In this document: in pieces, positions 59,303 through 64,000 of the stretch | How the letters are laid out: the number at the start of each line of letters is the position of its first letter | Position numbering within the stretch: position 1 is the stretch's first letter | Assembly (NCBI GenBank): GCA_934120045.1 | Contig: CAKOTF010000006.1 | Span: forward strand, 20,156-84,155 | Source of the DNA: an uncultured Clostridia bacterium | GTDB taxonomy: Bacteria > Bacillota > Clostridia > TANB77 > CAG-508 | Length of the DNA: 64,000 nt | Direction: 5' to 3' | Made by a program: the position numbers and the translations under genes | The notes under the pieces: generated by a model | What the model was told of the DNA's origin: nothing | Database searches by the model: none | What the model saw: the letters and a program-made list of their open reading frames with translations, nothing else

Positions 59303-59325
59303 AAAGAGTATCAAATTGATACTCT
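59303..59325 (-). terminator. rho-independent terminator for the AIM24-family gene (AAGAGTATCAaattGATACTCTT with a T-run on the minus strand)
   Basis: Perfect 10-bp stem. On the minus strand it is followed by TTTTT. Confidence 0.6.
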
Positions 59326-59329
59326 TTCT

Positions 59330-60022
59330 CTAATTATTATTTGTTGTTCTTGGCATATATGGAATCAATCTTCCTGCAAAATCTTTAAAGTTTTGAGATT
59401 GTAAAATTACTTTACCAGGTCCTACTAATTTTGTTAAGAATAAACCTTCTCCTCCTAAGAAAATGTTTCCTAATCCACTTATTGTTTCAATACCATATGA
59501 TACACTTGGCTCAAATGCAACAACATTTCCTGTATTAACTTTTATAATTTCTCCTGGTGCTAAATCTTTTTGGATTATATCTCCATCAACTTCCAAAAAG
59601 ATTTTTCCATTTCCTGTAGCTTTTTGAAGCACAAATCCTTCTCCTCCAAATAATCCAGCTGAGAATTTTTTTGTAAATGCAACACTTGTTTCTACATTTG
59701 ATTCGGCACATAAAAATGCTCCTTTTTGAATCATCATTCCACCTGGCAATGTTGCTAAATCTAAATCAATAATTCCTCCTGGCACTGTTGATGCAAATGC
59801 TACCATTGCTCCATCTTTTTGTGCTGTATAATTTGCCATAAATATTGATTCGCCTGTAAACATTCTTCCTAAACTTTTCATTATTCCACCACGTGCATTT
59901 GTTGCCATTGATATTCCATCTGATTGGTATGCCATTCCCCCTGATTGTGTATATACTGTTTCTCCTGCTCTTAATTTCATTTCAACTACTGGTACTGTTT
60001 CTCCTATAATTTTATAATCCAT
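59330..60022 (-). CDS. AIM24/TIGR00266 family protein (DUF124)
   Basis: 230 aa. Gly-rich beta-strand repeats typical of the family (GGMAYQS...GEGFVLQKATGNGKIFLE...GEGLFLTKLVGPGKVILQS). Confidence 0.7.
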   Translation of the reverse strand: MDYKIIGETVPVVEMKLRAGETVYTQSGGMAYQSDGISMATNARGGIMKSLGRMFTGESIFMANYTAQKDGAMVAFASTVPGGIIDLDLATLPGGMMIQKGAFLCAESNVETSVAFTKKFSAGLFGGEGFVLQKATGNGKIFLEVDGDIIQKDLAPGEIIKVNTGNVVAFEPSVSYGIETISGLGNIFLGGEGLFLTKLVGPGKVILQSQNFKDFAGRLIPYMPRTTNNN

Positions 60023-60088
60023 TTTATCCTCCTTTATTTGGGTATTTCTCTTTTAATATATCATATGTATTTATAATTTTCTATATTT

Positions 60089-60649
60089 TTAAATATTTTT
60101 ATTTTTTATAAAATCTCCTGTAAATTCTTCTGCTAATATGTCCATACTTATACTATCATAATATTTTCCGTTAATAAATTTGCATTTTCTTCTTCTTCCA
60201 TTTTCTTGGAATCCACATTTTTTATAACATTTTAATGCTCTTTCATTAAATTCCATTAAATCTAGTTTTATATTATGTAGATTTAAATATCTAAATCCAT
60301 ATTCTAATATAAGTCTTATTGCTTCTGCTCCATATCCATTATCTCTATAATCTTTATCTCCTATAAATATTCCTAGTGTTGCATTCCTGTTTATATCATC
60401 TATTTGTTCTAATGATACTGTTCCTATCATTTTATTATCTTCTAATGTGACTATTACAAATGTTGCTATGTCTTTACTCACTCTTGATAAGTATTCTTTT
60501 TCTGTATCTAATGTTACACTTGCTCCACTTCTTCCGATATAATCTGTTGTGTTAAAGTCATTTAACCATTCTGTGAATTGTTCTACATCTTCACTATTTC
60601 TTGGTGATAGATATATTCTTTCTCCTACTAATTTCTTGAAATATTTCAT
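60089..60649 (-). CDS. GNAT family N-acetyltransferase
   Basis: 186 aa. Acetyl-CoA binding-like DNGYGAEAIRLILEYGF. Confidence 0.7.
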   Translation of the reverse strand: MKYFKKLVGERIYLSPRNSEDVEQFTEWLNDFNTTDYIGRSGASVTLDTEKEYLSRVSKDIATFVIVTLEDNKMIGTVSLEQIDDINRNATLGIFIGDKDYRDNGYGAEAIRLILEYGFRYLNLHNIKLDLMEFNERALKCYKKCGFQENGRRRKCKFINGKYYDSISMDILAEEFTGDFIKNKNI

Positions 60650-60736
60650 ATTGTGCCCTCCTATTTTACAATTTACTATATATTAACAAAAAAAGAGATA
60701 ATCATCAATCTTTTTTGATAATTATCTGCTTTTTCT

Positions 60737-61411
60737 TTATTTACAAAATCTATGTTTTCCTATTGTTACAGTCATTGGTCTTGACCAAATCCATTTATTT
60801 GTAGCTGTACTAGGATTAAAATAATATATTGCCCCATAAGATGGATCCCATCCATTTAAAGCATCTTGTGCTGCTTTTTTTGCAGTTGCATCTGGTGTCA
60901 TATTTATTTGTCCATCAGCTACTGCATCAAATGCTCCATTTTGATATACTACTCCTGATATTGTATTTGGGAATTTACTACTTTTAACTCTATTAAGAAC
61001 TACTGCGGCTACTGCAACTTGCCCTGTATATGGTTCGCCTCTTGCTTCTCCATAAACAACTCTTGCTAGTAAATTTACATTTGATGAATTATTTGAAGAA
61101 GATGATGATGATGAACTAGATGTTATTCCCATAGCTTTAAGTGTTTGTGTCCCTGCAATTCCATCAACAGTTAATCCATTTTTCTTCTGAAATTTTTTTA
61201 CAGCTGAAACTGTTTGACTTCCATATATTCCATCTACAGAACCACTATAATATCCCCATCTTTTTAATTTTTCTTGTATTGTTCTTACTTCTGTTCCTCT
61301 TGAACCATATTTAGATAATGCTTCAACTTCTGAATTCCAACTCATTAATACAACATCAAAAATTACTACTAAAACTAATAAAAGTATAATAAATATAGTT
61401 TTCTTTTTCAT
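60737..61411 (-). CDS. sleB: spore cortex-lytic enzyme SleB (PG-binding domain + hydrolase_2 domain)
   Basis: Signal peptide. PG_binding_1 GSRGTEVRTIQEKLKRWGYYSGSVDGIYG. Poly-Ser linker. Catalytic domain LLARVVYGEARGEPYTGQVAVAAVVLNRV. Confidence 0.85.
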   Translation of the reverse strand: MKKKTIFIILLLVLVVIFDVVLMSWNSEVEALSKYGSRGTEVRTIQEKLKRWGYYSGSVDGIYGSQTVSAVKKFQKKNGLTVDGIAGTQTLKAMGITSSSSSSSSSNNSSNVNLLARVVYGEARGEPYTGQVAVAAVVLNRVKSSKFPNTISGVVYQNGAFDAVADGQINMTPDATAKKAAQDALNGWDPSYGAIYYFNPSTATNKWIWSRPMTVTIGKHRFCK

Positions 61412-61475
61412 AACAATTTTCCTCTCTTAATGTTTTTGTTATTATTTCCAAAAATTAAATTTATTATACTTTCTT

Positions 61476-61913
61476 TTATAATGATTTTATCGCATTTCTT
61501 GCTAATTCATCACATCTATTATTATATTCATTATCAGCATGTCCTTTTACTTTTATAAATTCAACATTATGTTTTTGTGTTAAGCTATATAGTTCTTGCC
61601 ATAATTCTTTATTTTTTACAGGATCTCCACCTGCTGTTTTCCAGCCTTTTTTTATCCAGCCATATATCCATTTTTGATTAAACGCATTTACAGTATATGC
61701 ACTATCACTATATACTTGTACATCACTTTTTACTTTTAGGCATTTTAATGCTTCTATTACAGCTGTAACTTCCATTATATTATTTGTTGTATCTTTCTTT
61801 CCTCCAGATATTTCTTTTTTAGCACCTTTGTACATTAAAATCGCTCCCCATCCACCTGGTCCTGGATTTCCTGAACAAGCACCATCTGTATATATAATAA
61901 CTTTTTCTTCCAT
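61476..61913 (-). CDS. rnhA: ribonuclease HI
   Basis: [22 protein letters not shown] ... [16 protein letters not shown]. Confidence 0.9.
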   Translation of the reverse strand: MEEKVIIYTDGACSGNPGPGGWGAILMYKGAKKEISGGKKDTTNNIMEVTAVIEALKCLKVKSDVQVYSDSAYTVNAFNQKWIYGWIKKGWKTAGGDPVKNKELWQELYSLTQKHNVEFIKVKGHADNEYNNRCDELARNAIKSL

Positions 61914-62042
61914 TTGTTAATATCCTTTCATACCATTGTATAAATTTCTAAAATTTTCTTGTATATCTAACTTTTTTGTGATAAGATTATATCAATAATT
62001 TTTATAAATTACAAGAGAAATTTAGAGAAAGGAATTTTTATT

Positions 62043-63278
62043 ATGAGTAATGTACTAGGAATAATTTGCGAATATAATCCATTTCATAATGGTCACTTAT
62101 ATCATCTAAATGAAGCAAAAAGAATTACAAATTCAGATTATTCTGTTGCTATTATTTCAGGTAATTTTACTCAAAGAGGTGAACCTTCTATTGTTAGTAA
62201 ATGGGTAAAAACTGAAATGGCCTTAAAGTGTGGTATTGATTTAGTATTAGAGTTACCTACTATATATTCAATTTCTAGTGCTGAAAATTTTGCATATGGT
62301 GCAATAAAAATTCTAGACTCATTGAATATAGTTGATTATATAGCTTTTGGAAGTGAGTGTGGAGATATTTCTATTTTAGATGATATTGTTCAAGTTATTG
62401 TTGAAGAACCAAAAGCATATAGAACATTGCTTTCTCATGAATTATCTACTGGTGTTTCTTTTCCTAAAGCTAGAGAAAAAGCTTTAATGATGTATTTAGG
62501 AAATATGAGAAGATTTGCAAATATACTTTCTTCTCCAAATAATATTTTAGGAATTGAATATTTAAAGGCTTTAAAAAAGCAGAATTCTTACATTCAGCCA
62601 ATTACTATAAAAAGACAAGAAGCTGAGCATAATAATAATATGTTTTCTTCTTCTCGTTTTGCAAGTGGATCTGCAATTCGTTCTGCTTGTGTTTCTACTG
62701 ACATTGACCATTTACAAAAATATATGCCTGAAGATTCTTTTTATTTATTGGAAGATTGTTTGAAAAAAGGAAATTATGTTAAAGATTTATCCACTTTCGA
62801 TAAAGAGATTTTATATACATTACGACATATGACTATTGCTGATATTGCCAATTTACCAGATGTTTCTGAAGGTTTGGAATATGCAATTAAAGATGCCGCA
62901 AATTCATGTAATAGTGTTGTTGAATTATTAACTTTAATTAATACAAAAAGATATACTAGAACAAGACTTCAAAGAATTCTTTTATATGCAATTCTTGGTA
63001 TTACAAAAGATGATATGCAACTTTCCAAAAAGGTTACTCCATATATAAGAATTTTAGGTTTTAATGAAAATGGTAAGAAAATCATTAGTGAGGCTTCAAG
63101 AAGAAATCCAAAATTGAATTTAATTACTTCTCCTAAAAAGTTTATTGATGATTCTTCTAATAAAAATTTGAAACATTTACTTCAAAAAGATATTTGGGCT
63201 TCCAATGTCTATACTTTGGGATTTGAATATGAGTCTAAAGCTAATTTGGATTATACTCATAAGTTAATAATAATTTAA
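62043..63278 (+). CDS. tmcAL: tRNA(Met) cytidine acetate ligase TmcAL (YlbM/UPF0348, HIGH-type nucleotidyltransferase)
   Basis: 411 aa. N-terminus GIICEYNPFHNGHLYHL. Confidence 0.8.
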   Translation: MSNVLGIICEYNPFHNGHLYHLNEAKRITNSDYSVAIISGNFTQRGEPSIVSKWVKTEMALKCGIDLVLELPTIYSISSAENFAYGAIKILDSLNIVDYIAFGSECGDISILDDIVQVIVEEPKAYRTLLSHELSTGVSFPKAREKALMMYLGNMRRFANILSSPNNILGIEYLKALKKQNSYIQPITIKRQEAEHNNNMFSSSRFASGSAIRSACVSTDIDHLQKYMPEDSFYLLEDCLKKGNYVKDLSTFDKEILYTLRHMTIADIANLPDVSEGLEYAIKDAANSCNSVVELLTLINTKRYTRTRLQRILLYAILGITKDDMQLSKKVTPYIRILGFNENGKKIISEASRRNPKLNLITSPKKFIDDSSNKNLKHLLQKDIWASNVYTLGFEYESKANLDYTHKLIII

Positions 63279-63314
63279 AAGAGATGAATTTTTTCTAATT
63301 CACCTCTTCTTTTT

Positions 63315-64000
63315 TTATTTTTCAATCCATTTTATTAAGTCTAAATTTGCACTTTCTAATAACATTTCATGTTTTGGCATAACTCTAAATGAATATCCAT
63401 AATTTCCACCTGATATTAAATCTATTTTAGCTGAATAATAATATTTCTTATTTGCATCATCTTTTCCATCAAGTTTCATTGGTATAATTTTTACATCTTG
63501 AACAGATCCATCATCTAAAAATTTTCCATAATATACTTGTGCTTCAATATGTCTTACATCAATATTTGGTAATGTTACAACACATTTTACTTCTATTTGA
63601 TTTCCTGCATCTAATGTAACATCGTCTGCATTTCCTTCAATTTGTTCTATTTGAACGTCTTTCCAATTTGTTGTAATATCTTTCTTCCATACACTATATT
63701 CTGTAACTGATTCTAAGTTTGTATAATATTTATTTGTTAAATTGCATAATGGAATATATAATTGATTTGTATAATCTACTAACATTCTTGCTGTACTATA
63801 TTTTCCACCTGTTGACATGATTGAATTTTTCATGTATTGCATCCATTTTTTAGATATTCCATTTTCATCTTTTGCATAATATGCTGGTATTATTTTATTT
63901 TCTAATGTATAATACATACTTTGGCTATCTGCAATATCTTGTTCTTCATATGATGGATATTCTGCATTTGTTCCAATTGTCCAACCATTTTTTTGGTTAT
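63315..64000 (-). CDS. alpha-glucan phosphorylase family (GT35), C-terminal part; gene continues beyond the window end
   Basis: The frame is open from the window edge. YYAKDENGISKKWMQYMKNSIMSTGGKYSTARMLVDYTNQLY resembles the C-terminus of TIGR02094-type glucan phosphorylases, followed by a ~150 aa extension. Confidence 0.5.
   Translation of the reverse strand, partial: NQKNGWTIGTNAEYPSYEEQDIADSQSMYYTLENKIIPAYYAKDENGISKKWMQYMKNSIMSTGGKYSTARMLVDYTNQLYIPLCNLTNKYYTNLESVTEYSVWKKDITTNWKDVQIEQIEGNADDVTLDAGNQIEVKCVVTLPNIDVRHIEAQVYYGKFLDDGSVQDVKIIPMKLDGKDDANKKYYYSAKIDLISGGNYGYSFRVMPKHEMLLESANLDLIKWIEK

Noticed and set aside
1-64000. CRISPR array
   Set aside because: No regularly spaced direct repeats of 25-40 bp with unique spacers were seen. 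The repeats present are coding tandem repeats or AT-rich motifs.

Overview
The window is a low-GC, Clostridium-like chromosomal segment from a spore-former, with almost all genes on the minus strand.

Gene order, left to right:
- obg N-terminus (partial), trpS, spoIVB.
- An 11-13 gene Tad/archaeal-like type IV filament locus (4410-14826). It comprises a CpaB-like protein, two ParA/MinD-like proteins with degenerate Walker A, a membrane-anchored CpaF/TadA-type ATPase, a large platform protein, and at least four pilin-like paralogs sharing an 'MENATKALL' N-terminus. No prepilin peptidase lies in cis. This is the most likely candidate for an undescribed system.
- A Cof-type HAD hydrolase and an alpha/beta SASP.
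- A CpsB-Wze-Wzz tyrosine-kinase module.
- An apparent insert: sortase, an LAYTG surface protein, an LPKTG repeat surface protein, a KAP P-loop NTPase and an Rpn/YhgA-like PD-(D/E)XK nuclease.
- Two tandem polysaccharide-biosynthesis clusters (26053-55318). Between them they carry two priming phosphoglycosyl transferases, two Wzx flippases, two Wzy polymerases, several GT2/GT4 enzymes, two pyruvyl transferases with an FrhB-like partner, a radical-SAM/SPASM enzyme, an O-acyltransferase, a TagF-like transferase, an LCP protein, VanZ, and a PglF/PglE/PglC-like amino-sugar module. They also include a membrane-anchored beta-helix protein with a C-terminal dockerin.
- tmRNA (ssrA), followed by a DUF3800 gene and a small membrane protein.
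- tRNA adenosine deaminase, an M14 peptidase, an AIM24-family protein, GNAT, sleB, rnhA, tmcAL/ylbM, and the 3' end of an alpha-glucan phosphorylase.

Five genes carry apparent frameshifts. Four sit at a C immediately before GG on the coding strand, and one at an A8 tract.
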